A DNA stretch of 64,000 bases from contig CDRNVI010000178.1 in NCBI GenBank assembly GCA_977017575.1, forward strand, positions 1 through 64,000, written 5' to 3'. The translations under genes and the position numbers were made by a program. A model generated the notes under the pieces. That model was not told the origin of the DNA. It did no database searches and was given only the letters and a program-made list of their open reading frames with translations. The stretch is from Paramoeba atlantica (lineage: Eukaryota > Protista > Discosea). Positions 35,601-47,203 of the stretch are shown piece by piece (positions within the stretch are counted from its first letter, which is position 1; every line of letters starts with the position of its first letter).

Positions 35601-36056
35601 ATCAAGAACAGAACCAGAATTCATATTCCGAAAACAATAGCCTTGAAGAGTAACATCCAACTGTTTCCCATTTGAAACTTGAAGAAAGGGAGGTTCTTCA
35701 TCCCCAGTCCCAGAAAAGTCAAGAACTACATTGCCAGGAATTGTACTTTGAATCCCAAAAGAAATTTGAGAAGTGAGAGAAGGATAATTCTCCAGAACCA
35801 TCCCACCATTCCCCGCCTCTTTTCCCCCAGAATAGATCCCATCAAATGCCAAAATCACATCCCCATCCTCTGCAACTTGTAACGCTTCTACAAAAGAAAG
35901 AAAAGGGTCTTCTTCACTCCCACTCGCTCCTTTTGTCCCAGTTGGAGAAACATACCAAGAATTGTTCTTGTTTTCTTCTCCTTCCACAATCTTTGTTGTC
36001 CAACAGAGTCCAACAAAGAAAAGCCATTGCCAAAAAGAAGAAGAAACCTTTGTCAT
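32683..36056 (-). CDS. Type I membrane surface protein with right-handed beta-helix (pectin-lyase/Pmp-like GGA(I/L)-FxxN repeats)
   Basis: Signal peptide; YVSPTG...GSEEDPF; repeated GGAVF/GGAL/GGAI and F..N..A; TM FWVWILLGIVLIFALVGGLIYVV; tail uncertain (unspliced stop at 32894, spliced reading ends ~32683). Confidence 0.75.
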
Positions 36057-36288
36057 AGCATCAGAAGTGAAAGAACAAAAACAAAAAAGTTGGAGAAACT
36101 TCGCTCCTTTCTCTCCCTTTTCCCCTTTTCAAAAAAGGAAAAAGAATTCCAAAAGACAAAAATTATTTTTTTTATTTTTTGAAATTGGCTCTTTCAAAAA
36201 GCGATATTTTTTGGTAATTATTCCCCCCAATCTTTTCTTTTTAAATAGTCCCCCCAACAATATGAAAAACAACTCTTTTTCAAAAAAC

Positions 36289-37520
36289 TCAAGTAGTAGA
36301 AGCAATATCATTAAGAGCCTGAGCAAGACGAATACCAGCAGCCATCAACCTCATCTTAATAGCTTCAATATTCCTCTCATAATATGAATCTGGGAGAGTA
36401 ATCACATCACTAATTGGACAATCATCAAATGGATAGACAACAGGATCTCCAGTGTTTGAATTGAGACCTTCTTCTGAGAAATCATAAACTTTATGACGCA
36501 CGTATTCGTTGTAAGACTACATGAAAAGAAGAGTAGAGGAAGAGAAGAGAAGAGAAAAGAACGTTTTGTGAGTAAATTGAAGAAAAAATGGAAAAGAAAA
36601 GATTGAAGAATGAACCTCTTGAACCCAATTCGTGGAATTCATGAGACTAGAATAGAAGGGTCGAAGAAACGTGCTATTATCGATTCGATTTTGTAACTGT
36701 TTCCTTTTTATCTCAATAACTTGACATTTTTTTTGTTGTTGTTTTGAAAGAAAAAAACCTCATCAGCAAATGATTGCCAATCTTCATTACAATAATCATT
36801 AATCATCCCATAGTCCCAAACACCATGAAAGTTTTGTGCCTCTCCATCGTACACAACTTTCACAAAATTCCCTCCTAATTTTATCAATAAGAAAATTAAA
36901 ATAAAAAAATTTAAGAATCAAAAGAGAAGAAGAAGAAGAAGAAGAAGAAGAAGAGAAAAACCTGCATCACAACCATACCCACAATGCAAAGGCTGATGAG
37001 TATCACCAACAAAGTGAATCATAAAAGAAAGAGGAGTCGGTTCACCGGTCAAATTGGCATCACTATCGCCCCCAGAAAACAAAAAATTTTTCCCAAACAA
37101 TAATTTCTGTTGATCTTCTTCTTCCTTTTCTTTTCTTCTTCCTTTCCCATGAACCTCCTCCCCAACCTGAACAGTATAATTCAAAACCGACGCAGCAACA
37201 CAACAATGATCCACACTCCCAACCCCCCCACAATCCCTCGAATACCAATAAAGATGATCACCCTGATCTTCAATATTAACATAATGCAAACAAGAAGACC
37301 AACTCCCTTCATCTGTATCAGAATAATGATCAGGCCAATTCGCAATCGACACCATCGTCTCTCCTTCTCCCAACAGAGAATTTACCATCTCCATCCCCTC
37401 TGGTGTTAACATGTTTTGGCCCAGTTGTGCGATCACATTGTGGCCAATGTAACCCCATGAAATGACTGGAGAAAGGAAACAAGAAAGAGAAAGGAAAAAG
37501 AAGAAAGAGTTTCTCATCAT
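36289..37520 (-). CDS. Secreted S1/P1 nuclease, copy 1 (multi-exon)
   Basis: Signal peptide then WGYIGH, WPD, LHYVN, HFVGDTHQPLH, FHGVWD, AAGIRLA. Confidence 0.92.
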
Positions 37521-37679
37521 TCAGAGAGAGAAAAGGAGGAGCAGAGAACGCAGAAAAAGAAAATAAAAATAAATAATTGCTTAATTAAGCGCCCTAAAAT
37601 TTCACCGCCCTTTCTTCTTTCTTCTTTCTCTTTTTCTTGTTCTTTGTTCTCTTTCTCTTTTTGTTGGAGACAAGGAAAC

Positions 37680-38998
37680 ATGACCGTCGGTTTGATAGGT
37701 TTCTTCTTCTGTCTTCTCTTTTCTCCTGTCTTTCCATGGGGAATGTCAGGTCATAACATCGTCGCACAACTTGGTCAAAATATGTTGACACCTGAAGCAA
37801 CGGAGATGGTCAATTCTTTGTTGGAACCTGGACAAACATTGGTCTCTGTTGCCAATTGGCCTGATCAATATCGAAGTACAGATGAAGGAACTTGGACTGG
37901 TTGTTTGCATTATGTGAATGTTGAGATGGAAAATCGTTGGTTCCTTTTTCAGAGGGATTGTCAAGATGTTGGAGAAATTTCGACTTGTTGTGCTGTTGCG
38001 GCAATCTTAAATTACACTCTTCAAGTTGATGAAGAGGTTAATGGGAATGAACCAAGAGTGAAAAGAGATTGGCAAAACAGCTGGGAAAATGCAAAGTATC
38101 AACTAAACCAAGGAAAAGCGACTTGGGGAAACAAGACCAATGTAAAAGAAAGAGAAGGATGGGAAAAAGAAAAGGAGGAGTGGAACAAAGAAAAGATAAG
38201 GTTTGGATTAAAATATTTATTCACTGGAGATGACTTAGAAGGAGAACCAACTCCTTTATCGTTTATGGTCCACTTTGTTGGTGACCTTCACCAACCTTTA
38301 CACGCTGGGTATAGTTGTGATGCAGGTTTTCTTCTTCTTCTTCTTTCTTTTTTCTTATTTAAACTAATCTTGAAAGTCACTAGGAGGTAATTCGGTCGAA
38401 GTTTTGTTTGAACATGAGATTCGAAATTTCCACAGTGTTTGGGACTCAGCAATGATCGAAAAATATTGTGGTGATGACTGGATGTCTCTTGCTGATGAGG
38501 TAATAATTCACCCAGAAAGAAAAAGTTTCTTTTTCTTCAAAAGTGAGAATAAGAAGTTCACTGGCAATGGTATTTCTAACCATTTTTTCAATTTTTCTAG
38601 CTTCAAAACCGAATTAACACAAGCGAGTGGCTCCGACCAACATTTTCTCACAGCATGAATGCTTCCTTGTGGGCAGAAGAGGTTTTTTTCTTTCTTCCCA
38701 GTTTGAAACTTTTAGACAGAACAAAAAGTTGAAAAAAATAATTCTTTGGAGAGTCATTCTTTTTTTTTCCCAGTCTTATAATGAATATATACGCCACAAA
38801 GTCTACGATTTCTCTGAAGAAGGAGTCGATTCAAATACAGGTGACCCTGTTGTCTATCCATTCAACGAGTGTCCTATCCCCCATGTCGTCGATATTCCTG
38901 GTTCTTACTACACTCGAAATATCGAAGTAATTAAGTTGAGATTGATGGCAGGTGGTATTCGTCTTGCTCAAGCTCTCAATGATATTGCTGCCTCTTAA
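37680..38998 (+). CDS. Secreted S1/P1 nuclease, copy 2 (multi-exon), head-to-head with copy 1
   Basis: WGMSGH, WPD, LHYVN, HFVGDLHQPLH, FHSVWD, AGGIRLA. Confidence 0.92.
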
Positions 38999-39096
38999 AA
39001 AAAAAACATAAATCTTATTCATCTCCAAAGCCAATGAAGAAAATATTCAATTTTGATAATATTTTTCATTTTTTTTTACCATTCACATTTCCTTTT

Positions 39097-41728
39097 TTAA
39101 GTTTGCTCACCTTCATCGAAAATGCTCGTCGATTCTCCTTCACCCAGATCTTTTCGTACATCATCCATCAGACTGCCTCAAAAAGTCAAAAAAAAAAAGA
39201 AAATAGAAAAAGGTCAAAAAAGACAAAAAGAAGAAACCTTGGATCAACAGGAAGAGGAGGAAGAGGAGGAAGAGGAACTTTAATTTTTAATGTCGGTACA
39301 GAAGGAAGAGGAGGTTGAGACTCAGTAAAAGCAGGGGTTTCAACTGAAGCAGGAGAAGGAGAAGGGTTCCGATCTGGAACTGGATTTTGAACTGGCGTTT
39401 GAGTTGAGGGTCGAGCTGGTTGGGGAGTCGCTCTCGAGGGGGATGCTGCTGGAGATGTAGATGATGTTGTTGTCATGTCTTCTTTATTCGCTTTTGCTGT
39501 TGCAGCGATCACGGAAGGAACCGACCCAAATCGCTTTTTTTTTGAAAGGTTAGAATGAGGAGGTTTTTCATCCGAAATGGGCCTGAAAATGAAAACCTTT
39601 TTTATTTCGTCAGATTCATCAATCAAATGCCAGGTACAGAAACGAGCTTTCTTCCCATTTTGAAGTTTACAGGGCTATTCTCCACATATGAATAAAAAGA
39701 ATCAAAGAAAAATGAAAAGAAAAATAAACTTGAGATTGAAACTTTGAATTGGATGATAAAATCCCACTATTTCCCAAAATGAGTTCAAAAAGAGGCCCAA
39801 AAATGAAAAGGATATCTAAAAAATGAGAAAACCTGACAGCCTTCCTCCATGTACTTTTGACTAAATATTGTTTAAAATGTTCTTCTATAAAATCCCTGAG
39901 GAGAGAGAAGTTTCAGGAAAAGGGAAAGTTCAGGAAAGGAAAAAGTTCTTAAAAGAGAAGAGCGAATGAAAAGAAAACCCGATTTCTTTTTGAGTCCCTG
40001 AACCACCTAACCCAACAAGAGCCGTTTTAATCATATCAGAATAACTCACTTCACCTTTATATGGTTTTGATCTCTGGTGATGATCTTATTAACAACAAAG
40101 AAGATCTTTGTTAAGAACAAAAAACAAGGGGGAAGGAAGAACCTCTACAACAGTTTTTTCCTCATCTTTTGCTTCTTCTTTTCTTCTTTTTTTGGGGGGA
40201 GCTGGTGGTATTCAAATGAGTTTTATGTACTAAATTAGTTTAAAAGGAAGAAGTCAAAACCTTGCGAATCCTCATCAGACTCATCATCTCGTGCCTCAGA
40301 TCCTAGATTTATTGGTTAGGAAAGAAGTGATTCAGAACAGAAAATAAATTGAAAGAGTTTCTGAACCAAGTCCCTTCTCAGATTCTCCCTGACGACCAGA
40401 AACGTCAGAAGACTAATTTTGAAAAAGAAATACAATCAGAAAAATCGATTCTTAAAACTGATTTTTAAGAAAAGAAAGTGAGATCTGAACCTGACTTAAA
40501 CGAGCTTGTTTACGAGGTGCTCTAGTTCGTAAAGTATCCGCTTCTTCCTAATGACACCCATTGAAAAAATATTCAACCATTATTGACTCATCAAATTCAA
40601 ACCTTTGTAATTGAATATTCAGACCAAACAGGATGGTTTCGAGGAGCAACATAAAAGAGTTGAAAATAAATGAGAACCCCCTGGGAGAATAAAAACAAAT
40701 TCAAAGAAAAAAAAAACGTATGAGAACAAGGGGAAAGTAAAATACAAAGATTGTTAGAGCGAACCTGGACATTAAAGACAGCGGGGTTTGGAAGAGCAAT
40801 TCTTTGTCCCACAACTGTGTACTGTCAAAGACAAGATTTTAGTTCTCTTGTGGAGAATGAAAAAAAGAAAAAGTGTAAACTTGAGTAAAATTCTCATTTG
40901 TTTTAATCAAAATTCCATTTCGCGAGTGGTTTATCAAGTAATAGCAATGGGTATCTTCACAAAACTATTTTTCATTTCTTGAGCGACTGAGTCTCAAAAA
41001 AGAACTCTCATTGTTCTTTCAAAAATCAAGAAGAGAATAAGAACCTGGATTGTAACATGGGTATGAGCAATTTTTTTAGATCCTGGAAGATGTATATCTA
41101 TTTTGAAAAGCAAAACAACTGTTCAATAACACTCATATAGAAAGGAACCTCATTGCAATTCAACAAAAAGAACCTGAATGTTTTTGTGCTCTTGTATTTC
41201 TTCCAAGTGTCACTTTGAGCCCTTCCATTCGATAAGGAATGGAGAAAGAGGGACTCGAGATCATTGCAAAAAAAGGAGGGAGTCCGATTGCTGATGGTTT
41301 TGGGATGTTAACCAACCCATAAAAAGATTCGAAACAAAAAAAAAATGAAAGAATGAAAAGAAATGAACCTTTTCTCGATTGTTTTAAGTGAGAAAGGAAT
41401 TTTTGTTGAGCTTCCTTCAGAGATTTTATTTGAGACAATAACAAAAAGATTGAAAAAATTTATCACAAACAAAAAAAACCTGTTTTGCTCCCATGACGAT
41501 GCCATCAGAAGGAGCATTCCGTTCTTTTTGTTGTTGGAGATAAAAGAATTGCTTCCAAAGAGGAACATCATCCACAAGTGGCTCATCAAACTCAATCATA
41601 TCTTCATCTTCTTCTTCTTCAAAATCTTCAAAAAGTTCAATTTTTCAAAAGAAGAAAGAAAAAGAGTTGATGAAAGAGAAAGAAAAGAGAGAGAAAAGAG
41701 AGAACAAACCTTCATGCACCAAAGCCAT
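39097..41728 (-). CDS. FHA-domain plus divergent forkhead/winged-helix transcription factor (multi-exon; ends approximate)
   Basis: FHA: KVTLGRN, HLPGSKKIAHTHVTI, NHSRNGILI; winged helix spliced from 4 exons: KPYKGEVSYSDMIKTAL..GTQKEIG|DFIEEHF..STWRKAVS|GILSSNSKF|..GKKARFCTWHL. Confidence 0.65.
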
Positions 41729-42027
41729 TTTTATCGAAACACACAAAATTTGGCTCTGTATTTTTGATACCCATCAAAAATGAAAATCATTTTTTCACAC
41801 TACTTATTTTCAAGCGTCTTTTCGAGTCGGAAAAGGAACACAACAAATTTTTCGAACATCCAAAAAAAATACTCCTTCGCCGAACAGGAAAAAGACGTGG
41901 AAATCCGTCTTTTTTTTCGTTTTGTTTTTTTTTTGCGTTCCTCGGTTGAAGGGCCTATGCTCTCCACCTTTTTCTATTCTTTTTTTTTCCAAGAAATCAT
42001 ATATTGATCCGTTGAAATTCTAGAGCT

Positions 42028-45000
42028 ATGTCCCTTAGTTTCTCTGGGGTTTGGAGATCGTTAGCCAGACAATCGCAAGTTCTTCGCTTTCGGCCTCCGA
42101 TCTCAAAAGATAACCTCGATTCACAGTCACCAAATCTTCCTTTTCCATCTCAACAATATGAACTTACCAATGCTCCTGAATACGTAGCGAAAGAATCGCG
42201 TGATCGGGGTCTCCCAATCATCATTTCAACAACCTCATCTGACATTTATGACCCTCATGAATCTCGAGAGTTTGGGAACCCAGCCAAGAGACGAAAGATT
42301 AATGAAATTCATGGTGTTTCCAATGAGACTCTCAGGTTTTTTTTCTTTTCTTTTTTTTTTGTTCCTCCTTGGGAATGTTGTGATTTAATGAGAAAGGTGT
42401 TGTTGTTTTTAACATTGCTCTCGTTTTCTAGTCCTTTCATCTCTCCTGTTTCGCCAAAGCCTTTTGGGGCGGTAAACAGTCGACAATATTCTACAATTCC
42501 TCGACAAGCAGCACCATCCGTGAAGAAAGAAGTCCCAATGAAATCAGAGGAGAAGAGTGCACCTGGGGCAGTTCACCTCGCAACAGCCCAAGCTCTTCGT
42601 TTAGGACTCACCAACTCTGGTGCTACGAATTGGAGAGACCAAAAAAAGGAATTTCTCGATCCCTTGCCAAAATCGCATTCCAACACCAACATGTCTTCAA
42701 GTGCGAAACAACTCATCACAGATGATGAAGATTGTACACTCAGCGAACATTTTAGTCATATGACAGTTTCCGACGATGAAGGTGGTCCGAGTGAGTCGTC
42801 AGCCATTTTCTCAAAGCAATTTTTTGGAGGTGGGTTTGCGGATGGTTATCAAGATCTGGATAGTGGACAGCAACAGCAGAAACCTGGTCTTCTGTTCCCG
42901 CCACCACCTCAACAGCACGAAAATGAAGGGGGTTTTTTTCACAACGGAGGGGTGATTGAACCAGAAGAACAACCTTCTCCTTGCTTTCGACAACAACCCT
43001 TTGGTCTCCTCCCAACGAACAAACGAGAAGGTTATCAAGATTTTAACTTTCGAGCTCCTTCCTCACCGTCACCAAGACACCAGCAGCGACGAGGGTCACT
43101 GGCTAATCGAAGCTTTTCTTCTCCTTCACCAGATTTCTTTCCACCACTCTCCCCCTCATTACCTTCAGTAAGAACTCCGAGATACTTGTCCCCATCGAGG
43201 AATAGTAGGAGGTCTTCGAGAACAGCTGAAGATATTCTTTCCCGTTATCGAACTTCCTCTCCTTCTTCAGTGAAAAGAGACTGGAATCAAGAACATCGAA
43301 TAATTCTTTCAAATCCAAACAAACCTGAACGAAGCAAAGCCCTTCATCAACTCTCTCGTGATTTCAGAGCGGAAGCAAAGCGGGTTGCGAAAATATTGAT
43401 CAATGAGTCTCACATGCCGGTGGAAATGAAATCCATCAAGCCAATTGAAGGGTGTGGTGTTGCTGGGGGAGACAAGTATTTGTGGAATAATATTTTCTTC
43501 AAGGTTGCGAACGATTCTCAGGATCTCTATGGTGGACATCAAAACGCCCATAAAGTGACTGGTCATGAGTTCAAGTCAATTGTATCCTTTGCTTTTGCAA
43601 CTTATCACCGTCGCCTCCACTGTGGACACGAAGATGATATTGCTTCTGCTCACTTTGCAATGACCTCCATGATTGATTATCGTGGACATCGTATTCTTGC
43701 AACTTCGTTTCTTCCTGTGTCATCTCGAACACTTATTTATGGGAGCAATGATGGCGGATATACTGTTCAAACTGCCAATACTTCTTCTTCTTCTGTTGTT
43801 GAAGGGGAGAAATTTGAGGAAATGATGAAAGATTGTGCTGAGTTTCTGAATTTAAAGGGGCATTTGACCGGGATTGGGGGAAATCCTGGATATCTTTATG
43901 GGCCTTGTGATCTTGAAGGTCATGTTGGAACAGATGGTGAAGTGTATGTTCTTGACTTGGCACGACTTTTTCCTCCTGAAACTCCTGATCCTTCGAAAAA
44001 AGGGTCCTTTTTATATCAGCTCCTCCGACCTGAGTTTGTCAAGAATTGCCCAAACTCCTTGAGTAGTGATGCTTTTTCTTTGTTTGGTCGAAGTGGCGAT
44101 TTTCAAGAACACGATCGAGAAGTAGGAGAAGCAACAAAAGATTTGCGACAGAGATTAATACCTCAGTTTGCCAAAACTTTATCAATCGAAGCAGAATCAA
44201 ACCTCAAAGAGCCTTTGAGAACTGAAGATATGGACCGATTGATCTGTCAAATCCATCGTGAAGGGATTAATGTTCGACACTTGGGAAGAATTTACCTCCT
44301 AGTGTCCCATTCTTTGTTAAAGCGTTTGGCTCTTGTGGAGATGGTTGCTCGGGTTTTGAAGAATATGTTGAAGGAAAAACTTCGTGAAATCATTCCATTA
44401 ACAGAATCGCAAGACCATTCGAATATTGATCGATATTATTCCGAAATTGTCGTGAATTTCTTTAACACTGTTTTTGGAGAAGGTTTTGGGTCGCAAGTCT
44501 TATGGAGCGTGGAGATTCCCCAAGGCTTGGAAGATGCCTTTTCTTTTGCTGTGACTTTTAGTATTCGAGAACATATGGATATGAATTTACTCTATCATCG
44601 ACTTCAAACTCTTTCTGGTGTTCGATTCTCTCCTTTTCGTGTTCCTTCACATCACCCACAACAACCTTTTCAGAAGACTGACTTTCACAAATTTGTAACT
44701 TGTGAGAAGTATGTATACACTGGAATTCGTGGTCAAGCTCTTGTTCTAACAGAACTCGCAAGAACCCTTTCTGTTGTTCAAAAGGAGCCACAATTACAAG
44801 CCATGGAGAAACTTTATCGAAACTATGTTCGTTTTATCCCTGCAGATCCTGAGATTCTTTACCAATTCGCGAGGGTCCAACTCGATCTTGCTGCTCCTCG
44901 TCCCCCTTCTGATTACCCTGAAACTCGTCAATTGTTTCAAGATGCATGTAGTAACTTTGAGGCTTGTTTATCTCTCCAACCAGACTTTCCTCAAGCAGCT

Positions 45001-45573
45001 TCTTTTTTGGTCGAAGCAAAGATCCAAAACATCCTTTCTCAATCTCTTTGGATGCTTCGTGACAGTCGTTGCACCCTTCCTGAGAGTATATTTCCTGTCC
45101 ATTGGGATGCATCTTTTATTGAGATCTGTCGTGTTCTTCGCAAGGTCTCCACTGGTATTTCTACTCCTCGGAAATTCCTTGATCTTGCCAAAAGTTATAT
45201 CAGTTTGTCTGAAGGGGGAATCCTAGAGTCTCTTTTCGATCTTCATTCTCATTTGGATACGAATATCAAAAAACTCAGAAAATCTCTTTTGAAAGAAGCG
45301 AAAAGGCTCTTTGAGAGAGCTATTGGATGTCAAGGGAAAAACAAAATTCCAACTTCTTTATGTCTTCGATCCCTTCTTGGATCTGGGAGATGTTGTTTGG
45401 GATTGGCTGAGATTTGTGGTTCAAATGGGGGTTTCGTTTGGTTATCTCGTGCTGAAGAGTATTTCCAAAGAGCGGAGTTGATCTCCAAGCATTCTGCGAG
45501 GGCTGAGTTTGTTCGTCTTCGTTCTCTTAAGAGTTCCATTGTTGATAATGGGACTGTTTCTTCCTCTCCTTAA
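42028..45573 (+). CDS. Clu (clustered-mitochondria)-domain protein; probable intron 42336-42431
   Basis: Clu: GGDKY, IDYRGHRI, LIYGSNDGG, DLEGH.GTDG..YVLDLARLFPPE, LLRPEFV; CLU-central IHREGINVRHLGRI; TPR-like tail. Confidence 0.85.
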   Translation: MSLSFSGVWRSLARQSQVLRFRPPISKDNLDSQSPNLPFPSQQYELTNAPEYVAKESRDRGLPIIISTTSSDIYDPHESREFGNPAKRRKINEIHGVSNETLRFFFFSFFFVPPWECCDLMRKVLLFLTLLSFSSPFISPVSPKPFGAVNSRQYSTIPRQAAPSVKKEVPMKSEEKSAPGAVHLATAQALRLGLTNSGATNWRDQKKEFLDPLPKSHSNTNMSSSAKQLITDDEDCTLSEHFSHMTVSDDEGGPSESSAIFSKQFFGGGFADGYQDLDSGQQQQKPGLLFPPPPQQHENEGGFFHNGGVIEPEEQPSPCFRQQPFGLLPTNKREGYQDFNFRAPSSPSPRHQQRRGSLANRSFSSPSPDFFPPLSPSLPSVRTPRYLSPSRNSRRSSRTAEDILSRYRTSSPSSVKRDWNQEHRIILSNPNKPERSKALHQLSRDFRAEAKRVAKILINESHMPVEMKSIKPIEGCGVAGGDKYLWNNIFFKVANDSQDLYGGHQNAHKVTGHEFKSIVSFAFATYHRRLHCGHEDDIASAHFAMTSMIDYRGHRILATSFLPVSSRTLIYGSNDGGYTVQTANTSSSSVVEGEKFEEMMKDCAEFLNLKGHLTGIGGNPGYLYGPCDLEGHVGTDGEVYVLDLARLFPPETPDPSKKGSFLYQLLRPEFVKNCPNSLSSDAFSLFGRSGDFQEHDREVGEATKDLRQRLIPQFAKTLSIEAESNLKEPLRTEDMDRLICQIHREGINVRHLGRIYLLVSHSLLKRLALVEMVARVLKNMLKEKLREIIPLTESQDHSNIDRYYSEIVVNFFNTVFGEGFGSQVLWSVEIPQGLEDAFSFAVTFSIREHMDMNLLYHRLQTLSGVRFSPFRVPSHHPQQPFQKTDFHKFVTCEKYVYTGIRGQALVLTELARTLSVVQKEPQLQAMEKLYRNYVRFIPADPEILYQFARVQLDLAAPRPPSDYPETRQLFQDACSNFEACLSLQPDFPQAASFLVEAKIQNILSQSLWMLRDSRCTLPESIFPVHWDASFIEICRVLRKVSTGISTPRKFLDLAKSYISLSEGGILESLFDLHSHLDTNIKKLRKSLLKEAKRLFERAIGCQGKNKIPTSLCLRSLLGSGRCCLGLAEICGSNGGFVWLSRAEEYFQRAELISKHSARAEFVRLRSLKSSIVDNGTVSSSP

Positions 45574-45893
45574 ATGGGAGGAAGAAAAAAAAAAATTGAT
45601 GTTGTATTATTTATTTATTATGTAATTATCCAAAAAAAAAATTTGCCAATGAATCTATTCTTCTGAACTTGATTTTGTTTTCCTTTGTGTTTTCTGATTT
45701 CCTTTTCAAACTCTCTTCAAAATTTCATTTCTTCTCATCAAAAGGAGAAGAAATTTAAACCCATTTGCAGGCTGCCCGCGCCAGGAAACCCAGAACAGTC
45801 TGGGACCTTCCATTTTGAACTTCAAAATTTCAAATCATCATGGTGAAAGAAAAATCAAAAAATTTAACAATTTTTATTCTTCCAATAGATAGA

Positions 45894-46970
45894 TTATTCC
45901 CTTTTTGCTCCTTTTAAATTCACCCCCATTCTCCCATTACGAAAAATATCAACTTTTTCTGCTCCCATTCCACCATCTCCAGGAAGAGGGAATGCACAAA
46001 ACTCATGATCCTTCAATGCTTGAATCATTAAATCCCAACGTTCAATGTATGGTTGTACAATATCAGAACGAGTTCTTTCAGAGATTATGGCGAATTCATT
46101 GAAAAATTTGGTCCCTCCTCTCTCAACAAGACCATCTCGATATGATTTAAATACACAAAATCTTGCAATTGGACTTCCTCCTTCACAAAGCACCTCGATC
46201 AATTTCTCTTTCCGTTTTTGATAGATTTGTTCTGAGAGAGGGATATCAACAATGGTGTGGACATTCTCTGTATTCAATGGGAGAGATGGAGGTGGAGTAG
46301 AAGAGGGAAAGAGAGGTTTATCACAACGAATACAACGTGTTGAGTGTTTGGTATCAGCTCGCTGAAGAAGTTTTTGTTGCTTTTCAGCACAATTGCATTG
46401 AGTATGATAGTGACGGCAACAAAAGATGTGATATAGAAATCCCACTACTTCTTCTTCAGCCACAGGATTGGCAAGGTTGCAATCTTTGTGTACTTGGACT
46501 TTGTGTTCTGGGTTGGGGTGGATACAAGTCTTGATCTTCAGTTCTGAAGTCAATGCAGTAATGCAATAGGTTCCCCCCATCTTCAATCGAGAGAATAAAG
46601 ATGGATAAGAGAGAAAGACTTCTTGATCGAAGACCACAACATGAGCAAGTCGAGTCAAAGAATATAAGACCTCTTCGTTTTCGAATGGAAGAACATGTAA
46701 GTGAGTAATGTCATTGATCTCCTCTTCAGAAAAAACTCTTTTCTCTTTTGCGAGACTCTCGAATGATGGGATGCCATGTCCAGGAGACGAACGAAGATGG
46801 ACAATTCGTTCTGTTGATTGAACACACCCCAGATAAGGAATCAAAAAAGAGAGCCAATGTTCGACTGTTCCTTTATCATCTGGACCTGTCGCACAAATCC
46901 AGGAACGAGGTTGGTCCCGAATCCACCACTCCCGGCGGCGAAACGAATTGGCTTGAGAGTCACTCGCCAT
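45894..46970 (-). CDS. Uncharacterised intronless 358-aa protein, copy A (Cys/His-rich centre)
   Basis: Long ORF retained intact in both duplicates; no family recognised. Confidence 0.75.
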   Translation of the reverse strand: MASDSQANSFRRREWWIRDQPRSWICATGPDDKGTVEHWLSFLIPYLGCVQSTERIVHLRSSPGHGIPSFESLAKEKRVFSEEEINDITHLHVLPFENEEVLYSLTRLAHVVVFDQEVFLSYPSLFSRLKMGGTYCITALTSELKIKTCIHPNPEHKVQVHKDCNLANPVAEEEVVGFLYHIFCCRHYHTQCNCAEKQQKLLQRADTKHSTRCIRCDKPLFPSSTPPPSLPLNTENVHTIVDIPLSEQIYQKRKEKLIEVLCEGGSPIARFCVFKSYRDGLVERGGTKFFNEFAIISERTRSDIVQPYIERWDLMIQALKDHEFCAFPLPGDGGMGAEKVDIFRNGRMGVNLKGAKRE

Positions 46971-47167
46971 GTTCTCTTGCTTCGATTTGGTTTCCCCAAC
47001 TAAAATCTCAGCAAAGGGAATGAAAGAAATGTGTTGAACAAAAGAGAATTCTCAAAAAAAGATAAAGGTGGTTATTTTGGTGGTGGTGTTTTTGGCAACA
47101 ATTTTTGAAACCACAAAAATTTTCCGTTTTTTTTGTTTTTCCTTCACATCAAGTCACTTTGTGGACA

Positions 47168-47203
47168 ATGGCAAGTGTTATCACAGATGATCATCTTCTT
47201 TTG
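47168..47203 (+). pseudogene. Orphaned copy of CDC16 exon 1 (MASVITDDHLLL)
   Basis: Near-identical to 50531-50566 but cut off before the splice donor. Confidence 0.7.
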
